Numbered from the stretch's first letter, positions 12,001 through 25,690 are shown. The stretch is DNA of 64,000 nt from Podarcis cretensis (GCA_951804945.1 OX638152.1:44640001-44704000); one strand, 5' to 3'. Numbers and translations: made by a program. Notes: generated from the letters alone by a model not told the origin.

Positions 12001-14401
12001 TAATGCATAGGAGAATGAAATAATAGATGTGTGCACAAATCTTGTTTTAATTATAATCTTTGGGTGGAATTCAGTGTTGAGTGAGTGGCCTTTGACTTGT
12101 GCAACACGATTTCACCTTCCTATCCATACACCCCAGTCCTTGCATGCCCCCCAAATCGGCTCCCGAGATCCCTAAAGTTTCTGGGGCAGATTTTCTGAGC
12201 ATGCCGGGGGGGGGGGAGCAAATTAAAGTTTCATTGTGCCTAGTTCACCATTGGGTGTTTTTTTTAAAAAAAGATATGAACTATTTGGCAGTGAAGCATA
12301 TATGAGCCAACTAGTGAAGAACGCAGTCAGTGGATTTGTGACCATTTTCTCAGTTCAATAGGTTTAAAGGTTGAGAGAAGTGTGGATATAGTAAAATATT
12401 GGATGTTGGGTTCTGATCAAATTTTTGAAAATGCTTGTTTACATGCACTAGTTGTCAGATATAATATTCTCCCAGATATAACAACTGAAGGTTGTGTATA
12501 TTCTGTGATTGTACCCCAGTTGTGGGATGCTCTTGCTAGAGATGTTTGCTTTGTCAGTAACTCTGCTAAGTGAAAACAATTCTTGTTGTTTCTGCTTTTA
12601 CTGAGCAGTGATGACAACTATATTGCTGCAATTGAATTTGATTTCTGTGAGGGTTTTTAGTGCTGTTTTACTCTGATTTTATGCTGCTCTCTTATGGTTT
12701 TGAATTAGTGTATTGTGTTGTTTATGATGTTTTCTACTCAGTTACATTTTATTTTGGAAGATGCCTTGTGAATTTGCTTGTAACTCTGAAATTTACAGGG
12801 TATATAGATATTTTGAATAAATAAGAAAAATGCAATATTCTCATTAAGTTATTAACTGTTTTATATATTCCTTTTAATGGCGCAGTTGTCCTCCCAAGGC
12901 AGCACAGTAATAATAGACCATAAAAATATAGGGCTGTAGCCATATTCTATGCCTACTTAAGAGTAGACCCATGGAAGTTAATAAACATAACTAAATTAGC
13001 GTCATTTAATGGATCTCCTTTGAAGAGAAGTGAGTTGGCTACAACCCATTAAACGTCTAGTTAAAAACCACATTATACCCCTTAAATATACAATTTATTA
13101 TTAAAGCAATTAATTCATATAGAAACAGCAGTTATTTTTAAAAGTAATTAATCAGCAGGAGGCTAAAATAAAAATGTTATTTTTTTCTTTAATATTTAAT
13201 ATTAATGATGGGACCATGGGCATTTTGATCAGTGATCAAAACATGTCAGGTATAAAATATTGATAATCAAAAATCAAAAATTTCCAAATATAAACTATCA
13301 GCTGTCAAATAATAATATTGGAAGTTGAATACTGCTGGAGTAGAGTGATAGAGATGCTGAACTGCAAATTCATTTCAGTTGTTATACATTTGGTATCTTA
13401 AAATTGTGCCATCTTGGAAAATGCTGAATTGCAACACTGAAAATTAGACACAGCTTTCATTCTCAAAATTATATACAGCAGCATATATGGATTTCTGTAA
13501 GATTTTTTTTTATCAGTTTGGATACAGCTAATCACATGAACAAGAGCATGAAGTTAAGACCTAATTGCTGCATTTGTAAGACATTAGCCTATAGTTTATT
13601 TCTATTATTCCAGTTTTCGGTGCTTATCTTTCTGTACAGCAAAGCACAACTTCTTAAATAGAGAGCTAAGGATCTTAGTGAACAGTTAAAAAGGTGATGT
13701 TGTTATTAGCCATATTTTGCACAGTTGTGTCACAACGAAGCAAAACCTTTTCAATGGTATCACGCAGCCCTAATATGAATTGCATTAACACAAGCAGCAG
13801 CTATAAAAATGGCAACAAAGATTATTTTTGATGACTAAGCACTTCCTCAAAAATCCCAATTGAGCAGAGGGTTTCAGAATAACTTAAAATGATTTTTAGA
13901 GGCTTTAACATGCATAGAAAGCATTACAGTTAATAATGTCACAGATTAAGTAAAAGTAGCATAATGTGAGTAAATTATACTCTATTGTAGCTAAGAAATC
14001 ATTAGAAATGGACCAGAATATATAAAGAAGTTTAACATGTAGAATTCTATCAGCAAACACAGAAGCTCTTCTGAAGACAGAGGATGGATATATTGAAAAT
14101 GATTTTTTGGGGAGATGGCAATATCCAAAACAAAGAAGGCATACTCTGTGGTTTGTCCCAAGATTCCATTTCCTCCAAACCATGCCCACTTGTCTCACAT
14201 CTAATATTAATTATTATGCCTGGTGTACAGCACTTACATGGGAATATGTACCTGTGCAGGACAGGTAAAGTCATGGATGCAAAGGAACAATCAGGATATT
14301 AAAGTGTGCTCTCAATTTTCTCTTGTTAAGTGGGGCTTTCCATATTGAAACCATGCCTTCACATACAGCTTTGCGAAGTTGAAGCTTTGATAACCTTTAG
14401 C

Positions 14402-14749
14402 CAGGACCGGCCCAGCCATTAGGTGTGATGAAACCACCGCTTCACGTGGCAGAAACCCCCGCGGGTGCCCCGTTGCCTCCAACAGTGGCAGAGAAGTGGC
14501 ACTGATGCAGATTTTGGGCCAGATCTCACTAAAATCTCACGAGATCTTGTGAAACACACAAGATCTCGCATGATTTGGGTGAGATCTTACCTGAAATTGG
14601 TGCCAGTGCCAGTGCTGCTTCTCTGCATCTCTGCTTCTCTCTGGTGTAGGTGGTGGTGGCGGCGGGCATAGTGGTGCTGGCAAGGTGGCAATTGAAGTGC
14701 GGCACTACCTGTTTTGCCTCAAGGGGCAAAATGGGATGTGCCACCCCTG
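14402..14749 (+). mobile_element. Non-autonomous hAT (Tip100-like) element
   Basis: caggaccggc...gccacccctg ends; TSD cctttagc / cctttaga; related copy at 27660-28007. Confidence 0.75.
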
Positions 14750-15699
14750 CCTTTAGAATTACATCTGAATGTAACCACACTTTGCTCTTGTACAGGTCTA
14801 GCAATCAGCACAGGTTGATTTTGTTATCCATTCATGATATTCAGCCTACCGTTGGTCTCTGTGCTGAAGCAATCATTTTTTTGCCTAGCGAGTAGGATAA
14901 TTTCATGAAACGCCTCCACATAACATTGTCAGTTACTGTACTTTATTTCCTTAATCCATCTCTCATAAACAATACTTGATTTTATTTTAGAGGACAAAAG
15001 CAGGGAAGGCTGAGAGAGCTGGATTTTCTGGTGTTTCTCTCTTTTTATGAGGATGACTTTCTTGCATTGAGGCGGTACTTACACATTTTTATCGAACTGC
15101 ATGCGAAGCGCCCTGCTGTTCCCCAGAAACATTGCTCACTCCTTAGCTAATGGCATCATGTACTGTAGTGAGCAAATCCTATTAAATTTACTTTGGAATT
15201 GCTAGCAACTTCAGTTGCATTTAAGATTGTCTTCTCATCAAAGAATCTCCTCACTTTTTGGTAATTATTGCACTGTTTCCAAATGCATGATTAAAAATCT
15301 TAATTGCTATCCAGAAGGAAAGTAGCTTCTGTGGGCTCTTGGCCAGGGAAGACTCTGCAGTTTTCCTCAGCTTTGCATCTATTCTTGAATCTGGAAGAGA
15401 CACCTCCCTCTCCATAGCAGACACGGAATAGTGAGGACATTTGTGCAGTTGGTAAAATGCCACAAGAACAACACAGTTATCTATTTTTCTCCCCCTTCCA
15501 AGGTTTATTTCTACACTGTCCACAGTATGTGTCAAATATGGGTGTTTTTTACAATTTTGATATTGTGGTGTGTGGTTTTGGTGGACTTCCCCCAACCTAT
15601 GCGTGAGGTCTTTAGCACAGGCCCTTTTATTCTTCTCTGTCTCTTCACTTAAGACTTTAAATTGTCACAAGAAATTAGAACCTCCTCTGATCCAGGCAG

Positions 15700-16030
15700 C
15701 CCATCTAGGAGAAGGAAAACTCTGATCCTAAACCTTTGCTGCCTTGTGCAATCTCTACGGGAGAAGAAAAGCCTAGGGAGTAAACCCTACACAAATCTGA
15801 AGTGGAATCCCTAAGATGGTTGGATGGTGCCATGTAGGCCTTCATCTGACAACTTGTGCAGCCAAGCTGGTGCCAAACGTATTGCTTTGCTTTCCTTTGG
15901 ACCACAGCAGTGAGGCTGAGAGGAGGCTCTTGTCGTTTGGGTAGCCCAGGACCTCCATACACACTGCCTAGGCTCGCACCCCAAGAAGGTCACTTCAGTG
16001 CTGCTAACACAGTTGTTTGATGTCACCCCC
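15700..16030 (-). repeat. Unclassified interspersed repeat (copy 1)
   Basis: Reverse complement matches 44870-45130 (shared tacgtttggcaccagcttgg, gcctaggcagtgtgtatgg, agggactccactc). Boundaries approximate. Confidence 0.7.
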
Positions 16031-16484
16031 AGATGTGCACTCCATTGTGTCCTGAGATGGACGGATGCCAAAAACAAGAACACCAGATAAGAGACACCTG
16101 TGACCATTCCACAATTTGGATCTCCTCCTGCGTGAATTCTGTCTCCAAAAACTTTTCAGCAAGTACAGTGTACATTTTTCAAAGCCATGGCATTAGATTT
16201 TGCAGTATTATTTTCCCCACCTGTGCTGTAAGTTAGAAAATACACCAAGAGTATAGTCCTCTACTTTGGTAAGTCTCATTGAATACAGTGAGACTTACTT
16301 GTGAGGAAACATACATATTAGAGGGTAATATACTACACAACAGCACTCTGCCCTGCCACAGTTTGCAACAAGTGGCAGAACTTGACACACTGGTCAGCAT
16401 GACCCACAAACAGAGAAAGAGAGCAAGTTTTGCCCTATACTACGTGAACCACATGAAGCAACCAGAACTCTCTGTTCATCATCT

Positions 16485-16860
16485 GAGGTACTTCTCTATG
16501 TGCCCTCTCCAAAGGAGTTACAGAGAATAGCAACAAGAGAATGGGACTTCTGCCCAAGGAAGTATGGCTGGCACCTTCATTATCTGTTTTTAAATGCCAG
16601 GCAAAAACATTTCTTTTACCCATGCTTTCGGCCCTTAGTTAAGACGATTTGAAGTATATGTGGCCTCTTCTTTGCCAGTTTGTAGTGGAGTGGGTTGTAT
16701 TAGAAGAGCATTTTAGACATGTTTAGGTGGGGTTTTTTAGGCTTTTATCCCATTCTGGTTTTTTATATTTGATTTTAATGTTGTGCTAAGTTGTTTTGGG
16801 TTACTTTTTGTAAAACTGAAAATGACTAAAATGAAATGATGATGATGATGATGATAATAG
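16485..16860 (+). mobile_element. Old L2 LINE 3' fragment
   Basis: ggcaccttcattatctgtttttaaatgccaggcaaaaacatttctttt matches the L2 3' end at 36480-36530; ends in a (GAT)n tract. Confidence 0.6.
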
Positions 16861-18373
16861 TTGAAAAAATATATAAATAGGTCTATTCAAAATGTTGAGT
16901 GGTGCCACATGCTTGACCTGGCAACTGTTTGCTGGGGTAGTTGAAGAGCTTCAATGGCGATTTTGTCTGCCTGCCCGCCTGCTACTTCTTCTTCCCATTC
17001 ATATTAGTAAATGCAAACTTAAAAGATTGGTATTGCATGCTGAATGTCATGAAGACGAGAAAGATGTGGAACACTCTGCCTCATCACCCATGGCACTTTT
17101 CTCAGCTCCCTAGTGCAAAAACAGCCAGTCAGCTGGGTCTGATGCTGAACCCTCCCTGCTCAAGTGTGTCTGTCTGTCCAATTGTTCCCTCTTCTCACCC
17201 CATATTCCAGCATTCTCCCCAAACCCTCCCAAGCTTATCTGACTCCTACCTCTGATTTACTAAGGTCAATAACAAGCTTACTTTTTAGGCAAAGCAAGGA
17301 GCTCTTTAGATTTTGCTCTCACCACTTGGGAGCTCCCCCCCCCCCATGAGTAAATCATGCCTCAGATAAGATTTAAAGAACAAAACTAATTGTTTTGCTC
17401 ACAGGGTTGGCAGCCCTCTCAGTGCTGATGTCATGGGAAAGACCTGTGTTACTGTACCACTGCCCCCTTTTTGTTACTACACATTACTGGAACCGTAAAG
17501 GAGTTCCCCCACAACTAATGAAAGATTTAAAACCCATTTCCCTCATCCATTGGTGAATCCCTGCTGACTTCCTTTTGCTCTTCATCTTAAGCTATTTCTT
17601 TCCTTTAATCAAGAATGCGATATAACATATATCTATTTACAGCTGGCATGGAAAACTGGAAATCCAAATAAAACTGTTTTTCAAGAGAGCAATTAGCAAT
17701 GTAGGTGAAAAGGCTCTTATTAACAGCCTATTTCATTGGCGAATAGGGCATTTGGTAAAATACTTGCTGCTAATGATTTTCTTCGCCCCAAAGGTCAGAA
17801 AATGCATTCAAAAACTTCATTAGTGCAAACAGAAATGAACGTGGTCCCCTATATTATGACAACTGTAAGTAACAAACTTGAGTCTGATTTAAAAATAAAA
17901 TGATAATTTGTCAGCCAAATTGGGTTTATCAGGGTCTAAATCAAAAGTAATTGCTCAGAATAGCAACACTACAAATGAAGGAGTAAATTACAGCATCAGT
18001 TTGTTACTTTTGAATGACGTATAAAGTCATATCATGTAGGGCAGAAGTAGGCAATATGATATTATCTGTGTTGCCTTGTGTTGGAAGGGAATGCTGTTTC
18101 GAGCTTGCTCAGTGAAACTGTGGAGTGCTCTTGTCCATTGTGCTGCTTTTTGCATCGGAAATGTGTTGCTGCAGTGTTAAACACTGTGCTCTCCTGTTCT
18201 GATTTTTCACAGATGAATATGCAAAATGCAGTGTAGGTAAAACAGAGTTCGATGTTTGATTTCCAAAGGAAAGTCTTTTGGAACAGTATGCACTTAACCC
18301 TCAGAAACATCCAGTCTATTATACCCTCAGGGTCTGCCCTTTGTTCATCAGGTCCTCTCTTAAAGAGGGCACG

Positions 18374-19085
18374 TGTTGCGTTGAGACCTGGCAACCAAAC
18401 CCTGTGTTGTGGGTGGGTATGTTTGGATAGCCACAACATCCAATTGGCAGGCCCCTTGATGCAGGGTTTAATCAGACCAATGGGATGCAAGCTAAATGGA
18501 TCAAGGGACCTATATATGCACGTGACCCAGAGCTTCCTCTTTCAGTATGTGCATTGGAACACCCGCCCACCTCTCCCTATATTTAGGGCTTGCGCGCTTG
18601 ACCTTGCTATGCCATTGTGTGTCGTCTGTCGTTGGGACGGGGCACAGCAGGAATTTTCCCCACTTGGCTGATTGGCTGGTGCCATTTGGGTTTCGCCTGC
18701 ACTGGTTCAGGTGATAGGGATAGGGGAACGCTCTTGCCATCCCTATGTGAAGGGTATTCCGTTAAAGGAATCCAGGGACTCAAATGCTTTGATCAACCCT
18801 GTGAGGGGGGTTGTGTCCGTGCCAGAGTCCAGGGGGACATCTGGGTGGTAGACATAGCCTGTTGCCGGCTTTCTGCCTATCCGGGTGTTCTAGGCTGACC
18901 TATGCTGATGCCCTGGGTCAGCGCTACCTGCAACGGTGCAGAGAGCTAGTTGAACCAGAGCCTATTCAACCACTCACGTGCTGTAATCAATAAAGTTGTG
19001 GCCTAAATTCTTCCAAAAACCAAACCAAAATTTTTTGTCTTGTCTGAATTTATTTAAGGGGATGGTTCAAAGGTCTGAACACACA
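18374..19085 (+). mobile_element. Solo LTR (Gypsy-like)
   Basis: Starts tgttgcgttgagacct, ends aggtctgaacacaca (inverted termini); TATA-like tatatat at ~18511; polyA signal in aataaagttgtggcc at ~18989, shared with 60164-60760. Confidence 0.75.
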
Positions 19086-19335
19086 CTGGAAAGTATTGCT
19101 GAAAAGAGCAGCCATTTTTTACTTTAAAAAAGCAGTTACAGATACTTTTCTATTCATGTTTTTATTTTTATCATATAGAAAAAAGTTTTTCACTCAGGTA
19201 TTGCTGGTTTTTAAAATAAAAATGAACCCTACCTCCCCAACCCCTGCACCTCTTTATACTTAAAATGGCTGACAGTCTGTGTAGGGCAACCCTATGCACG
19301 ATTGCTCGGGGGGGGGGGATCCCACTGTGAGGCTT

Positions 19336-19520
19336 AGGAACATAGGAACTTTCTTATACTGTCAAACCATTGGCGATCTAGTTCAGTATTGTCCACAGAG
19401 GCTGGCAGTGGCTTTCCAAGATTTCAGAGAGAAATTTCTCCCAACCCAACTTGAGAATGCCAGGGACTGAACCTGGAGCTTTCTTCATGTAAGTTAGATG
19501 ATCTACCACTGAGCTTAGGC
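19336..19520 (-). mobile_element. Old tRNA-headed SINE with CR1-like tail
   Basis: Minus strand gctcagtggtaga...aggttcagtccctggca head; cctatgttcct tail; similar fragment at ~29280-29375. Confidence 0.6.
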
Positions 19521-19989
19521 TCTTCCTCTGAAGTGTGTTTAGAACTATAAGCTAAAAGTAGCCCATTCTATGTGTGTATTTAGGGTGTGATATATTCATT
19601 TACAAGAGTTTGAATCTCAGAAGCAACCTAAAGTTTATCAAGTAACAAGAAAAGACACCGGACAAGTTCATACATGCACTTTTGACACTCATTAACTATA
19701 GTATCAAGTGATATGTTGCATGTGGGGATGAGATGTCAAAAATTTATCACCACGGACAAACATTTCATATCATCTAGGGATAACTGAAACTCGGTATTTT
19801 GCAGTGCAGAATACGTATGTTAAATGTTGAATAATCAAATCACAACTGAGTGAAGGGAAACATACTTATTTAGTTATTCCATTTAGTTATTCTACATAGG
19901 CAAATCTGCCTTTTAATGTATGTTTGCAGAGTTCACAGAGCCAGTCACAGTTTTTTATTACCTCAAAACTGCAATCTTATTCTCAAAAG

Positions 19990-20222
19990 AATATAAGAAC
20001 CCGCCTCAATCAGGCCAAAGGCCTATTCAGTCCAGTAATCTGTTCCCACAGGCGCCATCCAAATGCCCAAAGCAAAACCTGAGTGCAACCGCATTCTCCT
20101 CATCTGTGATTTCTAGCAGCTGGTACTGAGAAACATATTAAGAGGTGGAACATAGTCACCATGGCTAGTAGCAATTGATATTGATAGCCTTATCCTTCAT
20201 GATTTTGTCTAATCCTCTTTTA
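19990..20222 (-). mobile_element. CR1-like 3' fragment
   Basis: taagaa...tcaggccaaaggcctattcagtccag...atggctagtagcaattgatagccttatcc...gtctaatcctcttttaa. Confidence 0.6.
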
Positions 20223-20318
20223 ACTTGACAGTAACTTTCACTGATCCAGTAAGGCTAACTTCTCAGTAGATATATATAGGATTGCAATCTATACAGCTGC
20301 AATCTATACATACATTCT

Positions 20319-20701
20319 GGGATGTGGATGGCGCTGTGGTCTAAACCACTGAGCCTCTTGGGCTTGCCAGTCAGAAGGTCAGCAGTTTGAATCCCCGCGA
20401 TAGGGTGAGATCCCATTGCTCTGTCCCAACTCCAGCCAACCAAGCACTTTGATGGCACACCAGTGCAAGTAGATAAATAGGTACCGCTGCAGCAGGAAGG
20501 TAAATGGCATTTCTGTGTGCTCTGGTTTCCATCACGGTGTCCTGTTGCACCAGAAGCGGTTTAGTCATGCTGGCCCCATGGGCCGGAAAGCTGTTTGTGG
20601 ACAAACGCCAGCTCCCTCAGCCTGAAAGCTAGATGAGCGCCGCAACCCCAGAGTCGCCTTTGACTGGACTTAACTGTCCAGGGGTCCTTTACCTTTACCT
20701 T
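20319..20701 (+). mobile_element. Sauria SINE, full length
   Basis: Head, body and (acctttt) tail; TSD ta(c/t)attctggg. Confidence 0.93.
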
Positions 20702-21263
20702 TATATTCTGGGTAAGCCTGACAGAACATGGAGGGACTGTGCCTAAGATGGTGCTGAAAATATGACATGTGCGAAGTTCTAACCAAATCAAATGTAATGC
20801 AGCTAAGTATAGTTGCCAGACCTTTTAACCTATGTGCAACAAGCAGGATCTCGACAGAGTCTGGCGATCAGGCTAGGATTTTCATAGATTAATAAAAATC
20901 TGCCTTTTCCTCTGATAAAATTTCAGGATGGAAATTTCCTTGTCCACTGTAACATTTAATGTCTCAGAACTGCACTCTGCCAGGACAGAAACTCTAAACC
21001 CTGAAATAAATTGATATCATTATAAACACTATTCAGCAACCTTATTTCCTAGCACATGGCTTATGGTTTAATTTGCCAAATATGATTCTTGTTTTAGCTT
21101 TCTAAACATCTGCAGATTCAGATCTAATGAAATAGAAGATCCATCGAAGATGCAAAAGAAATAAATGCCATGCCATTGATTGCTTTATGAAAACAACTTC
21201 GTGAGGGGGTGGGTGGAAATGGGGGTTCTCTATGATAATATGAATCCAAGGAAATAAATATTA

Positions 21264-21930
21264 CCATGTTTTTCCGTCTATAAGACACCCTCGTCTATAA
21301 GACGCGCCTTATTTTGGGGGCCTCAAAATTTAGAAAATAGGGGGGATTGAGCTTTGGGGAAGGGTTATTTGGGGGGAATGCCAAAAATTGCTCACCCAGC
21401 AGAACATTGGGGCAGCTGTCTATTGGCTGCCGCAGTGGCAAGCAGGAGGGCTAAGGGCGGCGATCAGGCAGCTGCGATGCAAGCAGCTGTGTGTGTTCCG
21501 GCAGGCGAGTGATTTTCGGGATTCCGCCCCCCCCCAACAACAATCAAGCGGCCAATGCTGAAAATCACTCACCCGCCAGAACAAAGCGCAAGCCTGAGTT
21601 TTTAAGTGGTGATTGGCCACTTGATTGTTGGGGGGGAGATGCCAAAAATTGCTCACCTGTCGGAACGAAGTGTGAGCCCGAGATTTTAAGCAGCAATTGT
21701 AAGTGATGTGAGCGGTTGTGTGCTGCGTTCTGGCGGGTGAGTGATTTTCTGCATCCCCCCCCCCCCAACAATCCAGCAGCCAATCGCTGCTTACAATATC
21801 GGGCTCGCAACAACAACAACAAAAAAACATTTGTGTGACCCCCATTAGTTACCTGTGTATAAGCTGAGCCTAAATTTTGAACCTAATTTTTGGGTCAAAA
21901 AAAGCTCGTCTTATACATGGAAAAATACGG
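21264..21930. mobile_element. Non-autonomous Tc1/mariner (Tc2/pogo-like) element with internal repeats
   Basis: TIR ccatgtttttccgtctataagac / gtcttatacatggaaaaatacgg; TA flanks. Confidence 0.85.
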
Positions 21931-23065
21931 TAACTTCTTGAAAATAAAAGTCACATATCATGAAATAAATGTCTTACCCTACTATACCCCAACAGCATTT
22001 GCTGCACCCTGCTGGGTTTTGACCCCAGGCATGAAAGGATGCTGACAAAAATGGTGGGAACACTTCATACAACATGACATCGAAGTTTTTAAACGCTAGG
22101 TTCATATATAATGGAAGAGAGAGATTTTGATTTGGAAAGGCGACCTATAAATATTTTAAATAAAATAAATAAATATTAAATAAAACCACATTGAAAACTA
22201 GCAATATCTAATTTATATTTTGTTTCCCTCAAATAGTTCCAGTTTAAGCTTTCCAGGAAGCCTTGCATTATGACCTTCATCTCTGAGAGAAAAGCACTTC
22301 ATTGTTTAGTTAAAGGAAAACCATACTTCTCCCCTTCCCTTATTAATGCTGTGTAAAGGTAGTGAAGACAAGCCACAACATTCTGTCCACTGGAAATAGC
22401 ATTTTATACCTGTTCTTGTGCACTAATTGGAGACTCTACAGAGAGATTCATTGCATTGCCACCGTGTAATTGCCACTGTATGCCAATTAAACAGCCACCC
22501 CCTCCCTTGTAATGGTCAGAAAGCCTTTTAAAAACATTAGGCCTGGCTTGCTTTCCCATTTTACTTCAACCAGAAAATACTAATGTAGCTGTCAGAATGA
22601 GACCTACAAAAGCAAATAGCAATGCCAAAAAGCTACGGGGGGACAGCAGCAACAGGCCCTTCAGTACTTTTTTCTAAAAAAAACACACACCAAAGTCTTA
22701 CATTTTCATTTTTATTTTATTTCAGCGGTAGAATAGGTTATTAGTACGTATACAAGTGTTAAAGAAAACAAGTGATTATATCTCAGTGCAGTCTACTGAG
22801 AATTATAGTATTAGTGCCAGGTTCTTGCTCCTGTAGAATTAAATGAAAATCTTATATCCACAAATTCAATTGCTTTGATTGCGGAACAGAAAGTATTTCA
22901 GGTCATGTTTTGCATTTGTGCCTTTCTTTGTAGCAAATAGGAGGTATTCATGGCCATAGAATTTAAATACATGTTTTAATATTTATTTCTCTAAGAACAG
23001 GCATTTCTAAATGGGATTTTTTAATCTGCATTTTAAAATGTATTTTGATACCTTTGTTTTTTAGT

Positions 23066-23323
23066 GAGAAGAAGAGGAGGAGGAGGAGGAGTTTGGATTT
23101 GATATCCTGCTTTATCACTACCCTAAGGAGTCTCAAAGCGGCTAACTATCTCCTTTCCCTTCCTCCCCGACAACAAACACTCTGTGAGGTGAGTGGGGCT
23201 GTGAGACTTCAAAGAAGTGTGACTAGCCCAAGGTCACCCAGCAGCTGCATGTGGAAGAGCAGGGAAGTGAACCCGGTTTACCAAATTATGAGTCCACCGC
23301 TCTTAACAACTACACCACACTGC
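23066..23323 (-). mobile_element. tRNA-derived SINE (MIR/Squam3-like) with (CCT/CTT)n tail
   Basis: Minus strand cagtgtggtgtagttgttaagagc head, ccgggttcac B-box-like motif, gggtgaccttgggctagtcac core, simple-repeat tail. Confidence 0.8.
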
Positions 23324-23541
23324 ATCAGGACATTAAGGAAGTGTGAAAGAGAGCAGCTAACTTACAGTACAGTTCTAACCATGACTGTTCAGAGGTGTCC
23401 TTAACCCTCTTGTTTGCTGCACCAGATGGGCACTTCTGGGTGAGACCAGCTCCACCCAGCTCACCCATCCTTGACTCAGTGATACAGACCAGATCAGCCT
23501 CCTCATTTTACATTAAGCTGCTATAAGTTACCAACTTGTAC

Positions 23542-23568
23542 CACACACACACACACACACACACACAC
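23542..23568. repeat. (CA)n microsatellite
   Basis: Pure CA run. Confidence 0.9.
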
Positions 23569-23918
23569 TGCCAGGGACCTGGAAGAGGATTCCTCTTCTT
23601 CAATGACATGTAGGGCCAGCCCCCAATGCATCGCTACTAGAGAACTATTTTATCAATCTACTGTAACTTCTTTAAGAAAAGCATTCACCACTTTATGTGT
23701 CTGATGTGTGTCCTCTGATTTATTTATTTTAGATGAGAGGGTGAAAAACATTCCAACCCACCATAAACTTTGTATTTTTAAGCCTAGTGAGGTTGAGGTT
23801 GTATCCCACTACTTACTGAGTTGTCCTTTATAATTCCTTGTGTCCTTCGGTCCAAGCAGACCCCTCCTGGAACAGATATGCAAACTGCTTGCAAGCAAAA
23901 GGTGTATTCACTACTACC

Positions 23919-24087
23919 CAGTCCTTTTTTCTAAAAGAAATGTTTAGGGGCACTCTCATTTTGACTCAAGAAAATCACCATTTTATAGTTCAGGAAAAAT
24001 AAGTACAGTAAATGGACAAAAGTACAAAGATTCACAAAATGTTTAGGGGTATGCGTACCCCTGTGTCCTCCCCAAGAAAAATCACTG
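23919..24087. mobile_element. hAT MITE
   Basis: cagtcctttttttct / agaaaaatcactg ends; perfect 8-bp TSD ctactacc (23911-23918, 24088-24095). Confidence 0.88.
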
Positions 24088-25690
24088 CTACTACCCAAGT
24101 AGCAAAGTTTGCTCTGGCAGCCATGAAAATATGAACCAGGCTCCAAAAAACTTAGTGGTGTGGATGGGATGGGATTTTGTTCTACTGCATTTTTAATGCC
24201 TATATAGTTTGCTGTAGATGTGTTATTTAAATGGAGTGGAGTATCATATCATTTTTTGTTTCTTTTTGTATACCACTTTGCTTCTAAATAATATTGCTGG
24301 TTGGTGATATTTATATTGTAGTAGCCTTTGGCTTTAAGAAATAAAGTTAATTCATTCATTATTCAAGGGAATCTACTTGAATTCAGTAGGATTTACTTTC
24401 AAGTAAGTGTGTATAGGATTGCAGGTTGAAACTCTAAGGAAATAACCTGCCAGATGAGGCACAGCCAAGATTTGGCTCTTTTTGTGCTCAGATTTTAGAA
24501 GGTAGTTTTTTATTTTGATTTACTCAGAACGATGTGTTCTGTTTTTCCTTTTTTCTTTATCCGTCTTCCCTCATTTGCAGTTTCTTTTGCTGTTTTTCTT
24601 CTCCAGAAGCAATCTGTGCATTGTTCCACAATAATTCATACTCCTTCTGACAAGCTATTAATATTTTTTTTCTTAATATTTCTAAACTCATTTCCTATTA
24701 TTCTTTCCCAACAACCTGAATTATTCCTCATTGAAAATCAAATTAATTTAGGGTAGCAATGCACATGACCTGCATTTTTGTGAGTAATTTCTGGCTTGGA
24801 TTATCTATTGGAGGCAGATATTTTCTTCCGACCCACAGGCATTTTTGACCAGGTAATTTTACCTGTTACTCCAAAGGTGTTCCCATTTGAGCATATGTTG
24901 ATTCAGTGGACTGGTTTGCCTAGTGATAAATGCAGTCTTGTGATAAGCTAGTGTGCTATTATAATCAAACATTGCTTGCATTTTAAATTACCATGATTTC
25001 TCATGCAAAGTATAATGAAGGATAATGCACGTACCTTTAGAGCTCATTCTGAGTTTCAAAACAAGTTACAATGCAATCACCTGTTAACCTTTTCATCCCA
25101 TGGGTTTTTCTACAAAAAAGCTAATATCCCTGACAGCCCCTTGTTTATTTTCAGATCCATGCGCTGCTTGCCACTTACGACCTTGCAAGCAGATTCACAC
25201 CTTGCAAAGTCCCTGACCTTGTAGTCATTAAAATCCAATCACACACTGGGCAGGTTTCCATATTCATTAGGACAGCAAGAAGATAGATTTGAACATGCCT
25301 CTGAAGTGACCAATACATTCATCAGCCAATTTCCATCTTCTTCAACAATTCCAGCTTGCTTAGGGATATTACGAGATTAATTGACACTGAAAATCTTTTG
25401 CACCCAAACACTAGCAATGTTAAGCAGATGCAATATGTTCCTAATTAAAAGGGCTGTGATCAAACATAAGTTGTCAATTATACTTTGTCCTGCAAATACC
25501 TGCACAAAGTTATAAGAACAATCACTTTTGCTTATCCCTTTGATGTAGCAGCCAGGAGTGTCTTGAAATAAGAAAAGACTTGCCATAATAATTTATAACT
25601 GTCTAATACTTCCAATAGAAAATCAATGCAAAGCTCTGACATTTGAGGAAGGTGTTTGGTGTTCATTCTCATTGTCTTTGCCTTCTTTAG

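Noticed and set aside
21360-21810. CRISPR-like repeat/spacer appearance
   Set aside because: Eukaryotic context, degenerate units in mixed orientation, enclosed by transposon TIRs.
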